A stretch of 50,570 nt of DNA, counting the filler, from Dirinaria sp. TL-2023a (Eukaryota): NCBI GenBank assembly GCA_051941275.1. It is 2 parts of 2 records of this genome, joined end to end, with 100 filler letters (N's around TTAATTAATTAA, not from the genome) between each part and the next. Parts side by side here need not be neighbours in the genome. Positions count along the whole stretch, not along the records: positions 1 to 25,325 come from JAVEBF010000175.1; 1 more part is not named here. One strand, written 5' to 3'. Shown here piece after piece: positions 12,366-25,325 of the stretch. The notes beneath the pieces were generated by a model. The model had not been told where the DNA came from. It saw nothing but the letters and a program-made list of their open reading frames with translations, and made no database searches. Each line of letters starts with the position of its first letter. The first letter of the stretch is position 1. Position numbers and translations under genes: made by a program.

Positions 12366-13331
12366 AGAACGATAGCGCAGCGCTTTGGGAGCCAATTGGC
12401 TAATGTGATAGCGGCAACCATGCATCTCAAATGGTGACTTTGGGTTATCTGTCTTTCTGTGCCTGATCACCGCTTCGCAATGCCATAGCGTTCCACTGGA
12501 AGGGCCTCAACATGATGAGCTATGTTTATGCAAGTGTTCCTCGAGACTTCCTTGCTCCCAAGGCAATAGACGGACGTGTCTGTACTCAGTGTATTTGGCA
12601 GCGGATTGGGTAGTCCGCATCACCAATCCCAACCCCGAAATTCATTTACCCCTTTGTACTCCACAGTATCTCGACAGCCTTTTCTTGCTTTTGATGTTCC
12701 TATCCCTTTCCTCGGCCCTTATTGTGTAGTAGGAGGCTCCACTCGTGCTGTTTTCGATGGGCGAAACCTTTAGCGTACGGATGACTGTAACTCAAAGTTG
12801 CCGCCATCTTGGTCTCTTTTGCGGCAGGTTCTGAAGGCTTGAGCGCCGCTAAGCACTCGGTGGTGATACAATCTCTGATAGTTGAAAGAGGTTGATATTG
12901 CATAAGGCCCCTTTTTTTGTCTTTCAACAGCATTTTCGTCGATCGAGAAAGCCTCATACGCGTAGCTTTGACATCTGTGGCATTTTGCGTAGTAAGCTTA
13001 AAGGTGTAGAACGGAAAGTAATATCGTAACTCTGGTCGACTCTGTAACAAGCCCGTAAATATTCTGGCCAATTTGAAAAGGCTCGTCTCGAAGCTCGTGC
13101 ATCAGTGAATACCTCCACTGAGCAGAATCTAAGGTATGGAGCGGTAATGTAGGACAAGCGCTTTCAAGAACACAGCGGTCATACGATTGAAGGAGCTGAG
13201 CCGAATGAACAACCTGAGCTGTTGCTTTCGCATAGATATACCGAGCTTTTGCCATGGTGTCATCAGCTTCGAGTACCATCAAGGGGCGGGAACGGTGTTG
13301 ACTCCGAGTGTTCAGGGTCTGCGTGGACTGC

Positions 13332-13901
13332 TCAAGTCTTCGTTGTCTCCAAGGCGATAAATCGGCCCTTGGTACTCGGTGCACAAGCAAGCGCGTTCCA
13401 GTCCTCTGCGTCATTCTTTTCAACCTTCACCTCGGCCTTCCTCCTGATACGTTTACGCGTCCCCACCACCTCCTCTTTCTCCAACTCAGCTCCCAACTCC
13501 AGCAGTGTTATCTCCTGCGCTTGCCGACCTTCCTCCCTTTCATCACGGATGCTCACGAGCGGGTCAACACCTCTTGTATCTACTCTCTGAATCGCTTCCA
13601 CGAAGCGTAACTGGGACTGCAAATCTCTGAGCATCGTGGTTTCCTCTGTCTGACTCACTGGTAGCGGTAGTGCAGACAAGCGCAGAAGGTGGTGTAGCTG
13701 TTCGCGTGTGATAGATGCTGGTGGCGACGAAGCTCCGTCTTTGGGCTTGAAAAGAGACCTCACAGACCACGCAGGCCGTGCCAGCATCGAGCCAATCTCC
13801 TCAGCATTTTTGGTGGCAGGCCCAACCGCTTGCAGCGCAGCTGTGGAGGAGAAAGGTCGACGCAGTGACAAGCGAAGAGCAGTGCAATGGAGTCGCAACA
13901 T
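13332..13901 (-). CDS. Mitochondrial glutamyl-tRNA(Gln) amidotransferase small subunit (GatF/Gta3, GatC-like)
   Basis: Arg-rich presequence (LRLSLRRPFSS). GatC-like LHHLLRLSALPLP...LQSQLRFVEAIQRVDTRGVDPL, and C-terminal APSTKGRFI. Confidence 0.72.
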   Translation of the reverse strand: MLRLHCTALRLSLRRPFSSTAALQAVGPATKNAEEIGSMLARPAWSVRSLFKPKDGASSPPASITREQLHHLLRLSALPLPVSQTEETTMLRDLQSQLRFVEAIQRVDTRGVDPLVSIRDEREEGRQAQEITLLELGAELEKEEVVGTRKRIRRKAEVKVEKNDAEDWNALACAPSTKGRFIALETTKT

Positions 13902-14256
13902 CGGCCAAAGAAGCAGGATGCTTCGTGGGCAACTTCTGCGCTGAAATGGGTGCTAGGAAGAAAGACGGGGGAGGGCGGGCGACAAAGGTAAGCTCTGGCG
14001 CATTTGATACTCTTATCGTCCGCCGTAGTCAGTGTACAGGTACTCGTCCTACCTAAGGTACAGCACATTTACTTATCGCTGACGCGATTTGCAACGTGGA
14101 CCCTGGGAATCCGACTAGTCACTTCATATACTCTACTTTTCCTCAACATGATTACTCTACTTTGCTCTCAACGCACTTCGCTCTTCCCCACATTGGCATG
14201 CGGACTGTATTCGACTAGATCTACACTGAGCTCACCATATATATAGCGCTTCTACC

Positions 14257-15453
14257 ATGAGCTTTCGGCAAGATCCTCAAGCGCTCCTCCGACAGGTATG
14301 GGCTTCACTGGTCCAGTCCATCACAGAACCCTACTGAAATGCTCTCAAGGCCGACAACTTGTTCACGGAGGCCAACAGTAAGCCTGGCTTCTTCAAGAAG
14401 CTTTTGGGACTAGCGGAAGTAGAGGATAAAGCTGGAGACGCTGCGGACCTCTACCAAAAGGCAGCCACTGCGTTCATAAACCAGAAGCAAAGTGCGTCAA
14501 TAATTCTTGTCTTCGAACAGTTTGATGACCGGCATACAGCTCTTGAAGCGGCGCATGCGTACAAACGTGCGGCAGAAGCCTACGTACGAGGAGGCGAAGA
14601 TTCGTTCTTCACGGCAGCGAATTGCTATGAAAATGCTTGGGATGCATACATGAAAACCGACGAGAAAGATGAAGGATTCCGGTGTTTAGAAACCGCGGTA
14701 CAAATCTCTTGCGCATCGGGAAAGTTCGATAGAGCCGGTAGATCGGAGGAGAAACTGGGATCGTTCTTAGAAGGGGAGAACAAGTCGGCGACGCAGCAGG
14801 GGTTACAGCCACCATATGAGCTGGAAAAGATTCAAGAAGCATACCAGCACTCAGCCGAGCATTATGAGGATAGCTCTGGATTCAAAAAGTAGGTACAAAG
14901 ATCAGACACCTTCGAGTCAAGAGAAGTGTCTGGCCTTTACCGACGCTAATTCTGATTGTAGAGCTGCATGGAAGCCGCGTCGCAAAGCAGCCGAATATGC
15001 AGCCCTCGTTGGGGATTTCAGCAAAGCCGCTAAAATGATAGATGAGGTTCTGCGGCAAATGAGCTTAGAGTCTGGCGGTCAAATGCAGATTCCGTCACAT
15101 ACACCCCTAGGTGCAGCTATCCACCTTGGAACTGGTGTAAGTACTTAATCGTTGTAACAATCCCGTATGGACAATCGAACTCGATCGCTCATCGAATGAT
15201 ACAGGACATGGTTGGGTACGAACGAGCACTAGACTTTTACTCTCAGGTCGACTCGAGCATCGGGTCGAATTCGAGGAAAAGGCAAATGCTCCTTGATTTT
15301 GGCCACTTGTTCCACGAGGGCAAAGAGGACGAGTTTCGAAGACTTATCGCATCCGGTAGAGATTTTGCCTTAATAGGGGAAGAGGCGGAAAATGTGCTTA
15401 AAGTAGTAGCTTCGAATATTCAGAAGAATATTGATGAAGAGGACTTTTCATGA
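14257..15453 (+). CDS. Alpha-SNAP (Sec17)-like protein, strongly diverged (about 5 exons)
   Basis: MSFRQDPQALLRQ|ADNL, GFF loop, DAADLYQKAATAF, TPR-like helices, GKFDRAG, HLGTG|DMVGYERALDFY and acidic C-terminus EEDFS, all as in fungal Sec17. Confidence 0.8.
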
Positions 15454-16501
15454 GGGAGTAAGGAAGGACTCAGTCCGGAGTTTAGTAGGTTCAAGGCAGT
15501 GTATAGCAAAGCTAGACGGTCGAACAGATAGTCCTCTCCCGCCACGGGCTGCCCTCCAGCAGCATCGAGCCGTAGCTCAAGCTATGTCTACTATCACAGT
15601 ATTCGGCGCTGCTTTACTGATCGCTTCTACTGGTTTCAAATTAAAATCATAGCTCAAAATATATAAACGCTTCTCAGCCGAACTCTAAGTCGTCTCAATA
15701 ATCTGGATTCACTTCGCGGCGCTCAATGTCCGCTACATATGGTGTCTTCTTGCATCTCAGAAACTCAGGAAAAGCGGACAAAACCTTCAGCTCAAATCCG
15801 CGTGCAGATCCAGCTTCCTGTTCAAGAAAGATATTTTCATGGGCCTCTTAAGAAGGGGCACGGTTGTTCTGAAGGATGGAGGGACGGCAGCATGGACATA
15901 CCGCGCTAACCACTAAACATAAAGGGATTGACAAAATATGTCCAACGTTGTAGAAATCTTATCAGTATAGGTACGAGCTTGGTTTTAAAGGCCTTGCCCC
16001 CTCGATTACCCTTCGCCTTACGATTGGTATACATATACAAGCGACCCAAGAATAACAGCAGACTGCTGAGTTCGAGCTCGGTTAGAAAAGGTACATTAGC
16101 GCAAGGCAAACGTTGCAAAGCGTCACAAAACAACATGTGGATGCAATCTGAGTGAGAAACGCACGATGTCCAGAGCAATGAATGCCGTCTTGGATTGAAC
16201 CGAGAGAAAGTCTTCCAGCCGCAGCGTCCCGTGCGAAGAGCTCAGGAGGGGCGTACGAGAGTCAACTAAAAGAAAAGTCAAAGGTGCTTAAAACCTGTCA
16301 AGTTAGTCGATTTATTTGATGGTCGTGATTTAAGGTAGGTTATGCCTTACTCTTATGTCCCATCGCATAGATTGATATTAGTCGCGCCTCCTGGCAGTAA
16401 AATCACCCACTTGTATTCCAAGGAAGCTGAGCTGGCTTCCGATTGTAGCGGCTGCTCAACAGGGGCGAAACATAAGGAAAAGTTAGCGAGGATAATATTA
16501 G

Positions 16502-17143
16502 AGACGCCTCGTCTCGAGAACTTTCTATGCTAGCTACTTCACGGCTGGGCTATGCCGGCGAACCGATAGGCAAGCTTCCCATCTACGGTTGCAGCAGTGT
16601 GGCGTTCGCTGGCATGGCATCCAAAAGCCAACAGACGGTGGGCGAGCACAGGACATCGTGGCAATATCCCTCGCCTTCTGTTCACACTATCAGATGGCTC
16701 CAGGATTCCAAGGCATCCCAGAACACCAAACGCTATCCGAGATAGTAGACATCATCGAGCGAGGCGAACGACCCAACGTCTTTGACGCCATCACAGATAA
16801 GTACTGGGAAAGGATTTACCGCAGACCACACGATCCGAAAGATCCATACTTGGTTATGATGTTCGATAGGAACAAAGCTGAGATAAAGGAGACCCCGGAT
16901 GACTTCTCATGAACGATAGAGCGGAAATTTGAAAGGGCGTTGGTGGAAGTCTTCACATTTGCATTGTTACATACAGGTACCTCGTTCCATCCAGCCCTAC
17001 CTGAGTCGAACTTTGGTAGCAAATTGTCTCGAAAGCCAATACGTTGGGTCGTGACCGGTAGCGGATGCAACGGCGCTGAGTTTGTGTCGTGGCTACGTCT
17101 ATACATAAGCGAGATTTACTTCTTTGCGTTCCCTCAGCAGTGA
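16502..17143 (+). pseudogene. Possible decayed ORF of unknown family with one in-frame TGA
   Basis: ORFs 16589..16912 and 16940..17143 are in the same frame, separated only by TGA at 16910-16912. The frame is open back to 16502. No family recognised. Confidence 0.3.
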
Positions 17144-17592
17144 TGTATCACGGCACTGAATATCGAGATACGTTTCGATAAGTACTGGCTGTCTTCCCAT
17201 TCCATCGATTAACCCAGAGCTTGCTCAGCTACCTGCGCGCTTTCACAGCTCAGATCCAAGTCTCATATATAAAATGTCTTGATATTGATGCTTCGTCTCT
17301 GGTGTGTACTCGAATGGGAGCAAAACAAAAATCGTCTTTCCATTGGCATCGCAAATATCGCTTACACCCTTTGGTTTAGACCTTGATTGATATCTGACCT
17401 AGCCACTGTCACAGAACGCCAGGTATGGACTGATGAAGATCAGTGGGCATTCGGCCATCTCCAAGCGAAAGCACCCAGATCCAGCATTTACGGCTTTGCC
17501 CCATGCTTCAAACTTATATACCGAAACCGCACTGCAAGTTTCCATTGCCTGCGAACGTTCCAAGAGCTTTCAGCAACCTCCCTTGCAAACCT

Positions 17593-18902
17593 TCACCTTT
17601 CAGACAGCCTAGCCAAAATCGCCTTTCCGGCTCGACTATCATTCGGTTTCCCTAGCTCCTCAGATATCCATTTTCCTATTCTCGCCATCTTTTCCACATC
17701 CACACCCGTCCTCACTCCTAAGCTGTGCAAGCAATGCACCAAGTCCTCCGTACTCACATTACCCGTCGCACCCTTCGAAAACGGACATCCACCTAGGCCA
17801 CCGACGCTACTATCGAATGCCCGAATCCCATGCTCCAACCCCACAACCACATTGACGAGCGCCTGCCCGAATGTATCGTGGAAATGCAGCGCGAGGTCTT
17901 TACTCGATATCCCAGCGGCGAATAACCCTTTCAGCAGCTCTTGTGTTTTGCGAGCCGTGCCCATGCCCGTCGTATCCGCAACCGAGACTTCATCGACGCC
18001 CATCTCCAACAACGAAGCTGTGATCTCGGCAACTTTCGAAGGCGGCACGTTCGGACCTTCGTAGGGGCAGCCGAGAGCAACAGAGACATATCCACGCACT
18101 CGAATGCCGTGTTTCTTTGCCTGGGAAACGATCGCCCGGCACTTCTCGAGGGACTCGGCGATTGTGCAATTTGTGTTCGCTTTCGAAAAGGCTTCTGTGG
18201 CGGCTGTGAAGAGGGAGATTTCTGTGGTTGGTGCGGAGGAAGTACTTTTCGCAGGCTGGACGGGGTCGTTGATATCAGTATTGGAAGAGGGCATTTCGTT
18301 CGGGTCTTGGGTCGACGTTATGGGTGCGGGCTCCTCGTCACCGTCTCGTTTTGGTGTGGGAGGGGGCGTAGGCGGGGAATTGGGATCTTGTGGAGAGGTT
18401 ATAGATGCAGGGTCTTCATTGTGTGATGTGGAATCTTCTTTCGCTTTGAGGAAGTTTTGTAGGCCTTTGAGGTTAGGGACGAGGAAGTTGTAGGCGATGG
18501 GATAGTTGCTTTTAGGAGGATGCCCGAGGAGGTGGTTTAGAACGTCTGCGGAGTTGGCCATCTACAGTTGGACGAGTAGGGATCAGTATTAGACTCTGTA
18601 TGATCGCTGGCACTGTTCCCTCCCTCGAAGGGCATACGTACTTGGGGAACCCATTTGGGCGCGACGAATGAACCTGCCTCGATATTCCGCACACCGGTTT
18701 GCGCTAGCTTTCTGACCAACTCTATCTTCGTCTCAAGCGATATCGAGGTTTTCTCATTCTGTAGTCCGTCTCTGGGCCCTACTTCCACTACCCGTACCTC
18801 TTCGGCTGGCTGTCTAGGGGTGGTGGAGAAGCATCTTGCTGTTCGGGGAGAAACCGCTTTTGCGCATGACGCGATGGGCCGTACAGTATTGAATGCTCTC
18901 AT
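17593..18902 (-). CDS. Hydroxymethylglutaryl-CoA lyase, mitochondrial (2 exons)
   Basis: EVGPRDGLQNE, IEAGSFVAPKWVPQ|M, ADTTGMG, HFHDTFGQA and GLGGCPFSKGATGNVSTED. N-terminal presequence. Confidence 0.96.
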
Positions 18903-19109
18903 TGGGAAGTGCGGTCAGGCTTCTGGCTGTTCTGCAAAGACCCTCAATACCGTTGAAATTGACGCTGTAATGGGCGTTTGCGGGGAAGTCGGTCCTCCCC
19001 ACACACGTTCCACAATTTCCTCTCGCTACCCGGCACAAGGATGTGGCTCAAGGGATTGCCTGACACATGCCTCAGTCTACAAACATTATAATCCACACAC
19101 CTAAACGTA

Positions 19110-20514
19110 ATGGAGGAAGACCGAGCAGAGACAAGTCTAGGCCAGGCAGTCGATGCTGAGCTTGATGAGCCAAAGGAGCAGAAGCCAAAGCAACCTAAAA
19201 AAAGATTTGTTGGCCGAAGAACCGCGGAGCGAGCAGAGAAAGTCAACAGCACAAACGGTATCATCGAGGAAAGCGGAGCCATACAAGGTCGGTCTGGATT
19301 CTTGGATCAAACGAGCTCCGCTAACATATCCGTTTCTCTAAGTCCAACAGCCTAGAAAGTCCGCAAGAGTACTTAACCAAATACCGCCGGACATCCTCAA
19401 CGACCGCGATATCAACGATGCCGTTACCCTCCTACCACCGAACTATTCCTTTGAAATCCGCAAAACCATACACCGCATACGCAGCTCTGGGTCCAAAAAG
19501 ATAGCCTTGCAGTTCCCTGAAGGACTGCTGCTTTTCGCCACAACTATATCGGATATCCTGACCCGCTTCTGTCCTGGTACAGAGACGTTGATTATGGGCG
19601 ACGTCACCTACGGAGCTTGCTGCATCGACGACTACACAGCACGAGCTCTTGGCTGCGATCTACTGGTTCACTATGCACATAGTTGCTTAATCCCGGTCAA
19701 TGTCACAAAGATCAAGACTCTGTATGTCTTTGTGGATATCGGTATCGATACCTCGCATCTCCTAGCGACTCTCGAGCGTAATTTCCAGTCCGGCCAGACA
19801 ATAGCTATGGTCGGTACTATACAATTCAACGCTACCCTCCACACGGTCAAGCCTGTCCTCGAACGCGCAGGCTTCAAAGTTCTTATACCTCAGATCGCAC
19901 CACTTAGCAAGGGCGAGATCTTGGGATGCACCTCGCCACGACTTTCAAACGATGCGGCCGACCTGATAATCTATCTAGGGGATGGCAGGTTTCATCTCGA
20001 GTCTGCCATGATCCACAACCCCACACTGCCAGCTTACCGGTACGATCCATACTCCCGAAAGCTAACTCGCGAAACGTATGACCATGCAGAAATGCACGAT
20101 CTGCGGAGAGAAGCTATCAATGGCGCCAAGAAGGCAAAGAAATGGGGTCTCATCCTTGGATCGCTCGGCAGACAAGGGAATCCCCACACCATGACTATGA
20201 TAGAGAAGACCCTCGAGCAGCGCGGTGTACCATACATAAACATACTGCTGAGCGAGATATTTCCCGGAAAACTGGCTTTGATGAATGACGTAGACTGCTG
20301 GGTTCAAATCGCGTGCCCACGGTTGAGTATCGATTGGGGATATGCGTTTCCCAAGCCGCTGTTAACCCCTTATGAAGCCCTGGTCGCACTGGGAAGTCGC
20401 GAAGCTTGGGATAGTGGTAACGAGGGCGTCTATCCCATGGACTTTTACGCTAAAGATGGCTTGGGTAGGACAACGGCTGGCGACGTTCCGGCTCTAGTGC
20501 CAGCTAAAGCGTGA
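19110..20514 (+). CDS. DPH1: Diphthamide biosynthesis protein 1
   Basis: [66 protein letters not shown] and [12 protein letters not shown]. One intron at about 19288-19341. Confidence 0.96.
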
Positions 20515-22333
20515 AGAGCGGTTATTCAATCAAGTCTGGCTACAGGTAGTACCAACATGAACAACCAGCATGAATACTACTTAGTGCCAGCACCCTCTCG
20601 ATTCAGGCTGGGATCTCCTCTGTCCATGAGTTCCTTGTTTCCTGAGGAGCTGCCGGTGAGCCTTTCCAGCAAGAAATCGTGCCCAAGCTTCAGCTTGTTA
20701 TATCGAGAATGGCAATCACACAGTTGCCTGATCCTAACCCTTTCGTCCAGCACGACAGTGCCTATTCGATATGGATCGGCTTTGACAGCAACCTTCCGGA
20801 CTCGTCCAGTGTTTTGAAATACAAACTAAAACCACGGCACGCTCTTGTTGACTTTGGGCCAAGGGCGGAGCGCAGAATACGTTTGGTACACGCTCTGTGG
20901 GGTCAACCACTGAGAAAATCGTGAACGTGGCCCCTGCAGAGTATGCGGAGACGGGGGCGAGGCCAATGTCTTCATAAAAGACCCTTGCACACGGTGCTGA
21001 ACGCAGACTGGCTTTGACGACGGTCCTCGGCGACAAGAAAGACCCAGTCAAATCCAGCACACTTCAGACGAGCGAATAGTTCGAAAAGGAGGGTCTGAAT
21101 ATGTGGAGAAGACACGGACAGCCGATCAATTCAAGAACGCTTCGCTGATGGCGAAAGTAAGAAGGCGGCTCAGCTTCTCATACATTTACAGTACTAGCGA
21201 TCCTACAGCTTTCTGTAAGGCGAAAAAGAGCACCATCAGGATCGGGGCTCGAATTGACTTCTGGAATACAGATATGTGAACATGCAGAGACTGTATCGGC
21301 TCCCACATGCCCACCACGAACACTGGCTTATGCTGCTAATCCTTGCATTGGCCATCGATCCTTGACCACGTACCTAGGCAAAGCCGCTTCAATACATTTC
21401 TGACAGGCCTCACTTTTGTGGTCAGATTCAAGGCTTTGTGTAACAAATCTGCACCGTTTGCGCATCTCTTTCCGTCGAGCCAAGCGTCTACAACCTATCA
21501 AAGCCAAATCTCGCATCCGAACTCGGATTAGGTAACCGACAAGAGCACTTTTTCGAGGATGTGGTGCCTTTCTAGGTCGAATGGCAGACCATTTCAACGA
21601 TGGATCACGCGATGCGTTTCTATTCTCTAAGATAGCTAACTGAATTGAAGGTGTGAGTGCACAAAGTGAGTCATCTACCGAGTAGCGTCAAGCACAACTC
21701 AAGTTGGTGATACCACGGAGCTGTCAATGACGGAATAACGAGGCTGTGAGGAGCAAGATGCCAGCTGAGCTAGGCGAACGCGAGATCGGTTAAATGCATC
21801 AAGGCTGACCGGACATGAATGAGACAGCGAGAATAACAATAATGAGAGGCCGAGGCCCGAATGGGGGCCTTTGCAGAGTTGGGACTGCATTAAAGAGACT
21901 GCGCCACACTGCCCAGAAACCGGGGGGATATTGCCAAGCCTCACTTTGGCAGCCATTGAGCCATTCCAGCCAATCAAATCTGGAGGGGCCTTGATAGTGT
22001 GAGGAAACAAGAAGACAGGGGACAAGTAGGTACATACTACCTTATGCTCTGGTAATTCTCCTCTCGATTTGCTACTGTTACTCATAGTAGCTATCGATGG
22101 CATCTCTCATATCTTCCTTACTCATTAGTCACGACAACCTGCCTAGTAAAACGCCCTGGCTGGATGAGGAAACTGACGACGTGCAGGACCCCTCGGGGCT
22201 TAAAGGGTGACTGAAGGGTACATATGTATATAAGAAATAGAAAGCATGGTATTTTTGCATCTCCGTAGTTCATCTCTGACCTCTATTGCTCCCACTACAT
22301 AATTTTCTTTCCACCACTACTCCATCGCTAACC

Positions 22334-24559
22334 ATGCCAACCTACTGTAGCGATATCCCCTTGTCGGACTCCAACAATTGCACAAATCCATGGGGTGAGG
22401 ACTGCACCAGCAAGGCCGGATTTCAATTTACCAGTCTCTGGAATTTTACACGGAACATCCTAGCAGCATGTGCCAATGACACACGTTTATTTCTGCCCGA
22501 TGAAGGCTTTGCAACCCCTCAAAATGCTTCACTGACACAAGAATCATGCGCCGCCATTGCCGGCTCCGGATGGACGTACTACCCTACTCCAGATATCTGG
22601 AATCGCCTGACCACATGGAAATTTCCTCTCCTGCAGCTCGTGGCCTCTTTTCCTCGTCCCCCTCTCAGTTTCAACGTCGAGTGTTTGGTGATCTTACATC
22701 TCCTGGGCGATCCGATTGATACCATGAAAAATCTCACGCTCAAGATGTCGATCTGTCAGTCCATAGCACTCCACTGGAAGAAGTGTGGCATGCTCCCAGA
22801 GACTCCCGCGGAAATCAACAGTGACGGGCCATGGGAGGATAGAGACCGTAATTGGAAGGCGCTGGCAATTATTACAGAAGCCTATGGAGAATGGAACGAA
22901 GACCGCGTGGCACAAACCGCAATGGAAGAGGCCTTGTAGATACCCTCCCTTTCGAACATCGATTCATGCTGACTTCAGCGCAGATTCAATTTTAGAAGCA
23001 ACGCAAAGGCCAAGGACGACTTCATGAAAGCAGTCCGTCAGACGGGACGTGCGCTCGCAGCCGACAGATCGACTAAATTCCTTCCCATCATCGTAGCTCT
23101 CCTCTTCTTCATCGGTGCCGTAGCAATTGCCCTGTTCCGAACAGCTGCGTCAGCAGGACATACTGCACTAAGCGATACAGTTTTCATCAATGTCGAGGCT
23201 CATAGCATCGCATTTTCGGCACAGTACTTCTGGATTATTCCTGCGGTTTTCCTAAGCTCCATGATTGGCGTCTCTCAGACCGAGGCTGCAATCCCACGGA
23301 TCCTGAGACGATTTCAAGCAGACCTGGACCGTCTCAACCTACCTAAGAGAGTCCAAATGCCAAACCACTGTCTGAAGGACCTGGGAGAGGACCAACGAAG
23401 AATATTTTATGGCGGAACCTACTCATGGCAGCCATCGAAGTGGCAATCAAAGAACCATCTATCTTCTAAGTCTCGCACTCCGCGTCCATCAGCAACGACA
23501 ACCCCTAGGTACGAGCCTCTAAATCAGAATTTGGCAGCAAACTCACGGGATTCGACCGCATCAGCTGCTCCATCTGCTTCGATTACCAGCACCTCTTGTC
23601 AAAATCCACCCGACTTCAGTCATGCATTGCTCGCATATGCGATCTTGATACTCAGTACTGTGACTGGTATGATTGTATCTGGTCTCGTGCCCCCAGATGG
23701 GTTCGATTGCCGCCATCTCGGACAGCTTTCCATTTGCGCCGCCTGGATTATCAGTGCTTTGGCCGACCTTCTCGTCAACTATCTATGGCCGCTGAGCTCG
23801 AACAAGTTGAGCACTTTGTTCTGGATGACAGTGGTTAAAGACTTTGTGATCACAGTCGCAACTATGGGGGGGGTCATTGTAACGCAAGTTGGAGTCTTTA
23901 ATCGTTGCTCCTGTTACACACTGTGGGGTAAGACCGGCCTTGCGCTGCCTGAGCGACCTGACATCGCTCAAACGCTTTTCCACCGTCTCAACACAGTCTA
24001 CCCAGCCGTCACCTTCACCAGTATTGGTATCATGCTGGTGATAGTGCCGCTGTATCTTTGCACCCGGTACCGTGATGCTCTTCGGGTATTCGTACAGCGG
24101 GATGACCGACGATCAAACAGAGAGTGGCTCTGGAAAGCCCGTTCCAAGCTTCGAGCTACGCAAAGACGTCTTCGGAAAATTCTCTCGTGGTTTCGCTTGG
24201 GCCGGTCGAAGCCTCAGCGAGCCGGGACTACGGGTTCAGCAGCTGAGCAGGGAGATGCGACTGGATCGCAAGAGCTGCAGACCCTCACACAGCCAATGTC
24301 CGAAGAACCCGAAGCTATCTCCTCAGACAACGAGGGGAGGCCGGCCGATGAAATATCCCAGTCTACATCTGGGAACACGCAAAATGCTCAGTCGGAATCC
24401 AGTAGTGTGGAGCCTCCTTTGCCTTCTGGCAGTAATCCACTGCCAAGGCCTGAACCTCGTCGTCGGAATACGGAACAGCAAGAGAAGGCAGAGCAGATCC
24501 GTCGAAAGCCTGTACCGACAGCTTCCCCACTGCAGCGCTCTCAATACAGATCCTTATAA
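22334..24559 (+). CDS. Uncharacterised fungal multi-pass membrane protein (2 exons)
   Basis: Two long ORFs joined by a short GT..CTGAC..CAG intron at about 22936-22983. Cys-containing N-terminus, several hydrophobic segments and a low-complexity C-terminal tail. Confidence 0.7.
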
Positions 24560-25325
24560 TAAGGTCGACCGTCAATCAGTCGTACTTTAGAAACTCCGAC
24601 ATCAGAAAAAACCCTGTGATTGGTATGGAGTAGTGAATTGCGTTCCCCTATCTCTGTTCCTTGATATTGTTGATAGAGATGGAAAAACCTCTACTGAGTG
24701 GAAGTTCACCCTTCTTCCCCTCATCAACGAGAGCAAGAAAAGTGCACATAGAGCGCGATTAATAGCACTGATCCGGTTCTGTGCGCTGTGAGCCTTCTGA
24801 TCGTATCCACAAGGCACCTCCCTATCATCCAACCAATCGTGGTCATATAGTTTGAAACAATACCGAACCCTAGAAAATCCCATCAGGTAGTCTAAGAAGC
24901 AGTACGGCCTCCCGAAAATGAACCTTACGCAGAGACCATGGAAACCATTGAGAAAATAACTGCGAAAAACTTGGATATATAAATGACCAGATAAGCCACA
25001 CCATGTGAAAAAGGATAGACCACTAAAGCATACAGTGGTGAAGTTTCAAGGCCCGCTTGAAATACCCATGTAGCTATGATATTATTTTCTTTAGTTACTA
25101 GTAAATCGTGACCTTCTCTTTTCTTTCTTCTCTACTGCAATACCCTATTTCTCCCCCCTCATTGCCCTCTCAAAAAGAACCGACCTTCACGATATAAATT
25201 TAATCTCGGATTTAGAGATCCACTTTCAATTTTCCTCGAAAGAATACGTTCTATTTTACGATCCATTTTGCATTTTGACGTCGTAGAAGAAAGAGAGAAA
25301 CTCTCTTTCTCCTCTCTCCTCCCCC

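Noticed and set aside
14492..14539. Apparent hydrophobic insertion SASIILVFEQFDDRH in alpha-SNAP
   Set aside because: It is most likely a 48-nt in-frame intron (GTGCGT...CAG) read through by the ORF caller.
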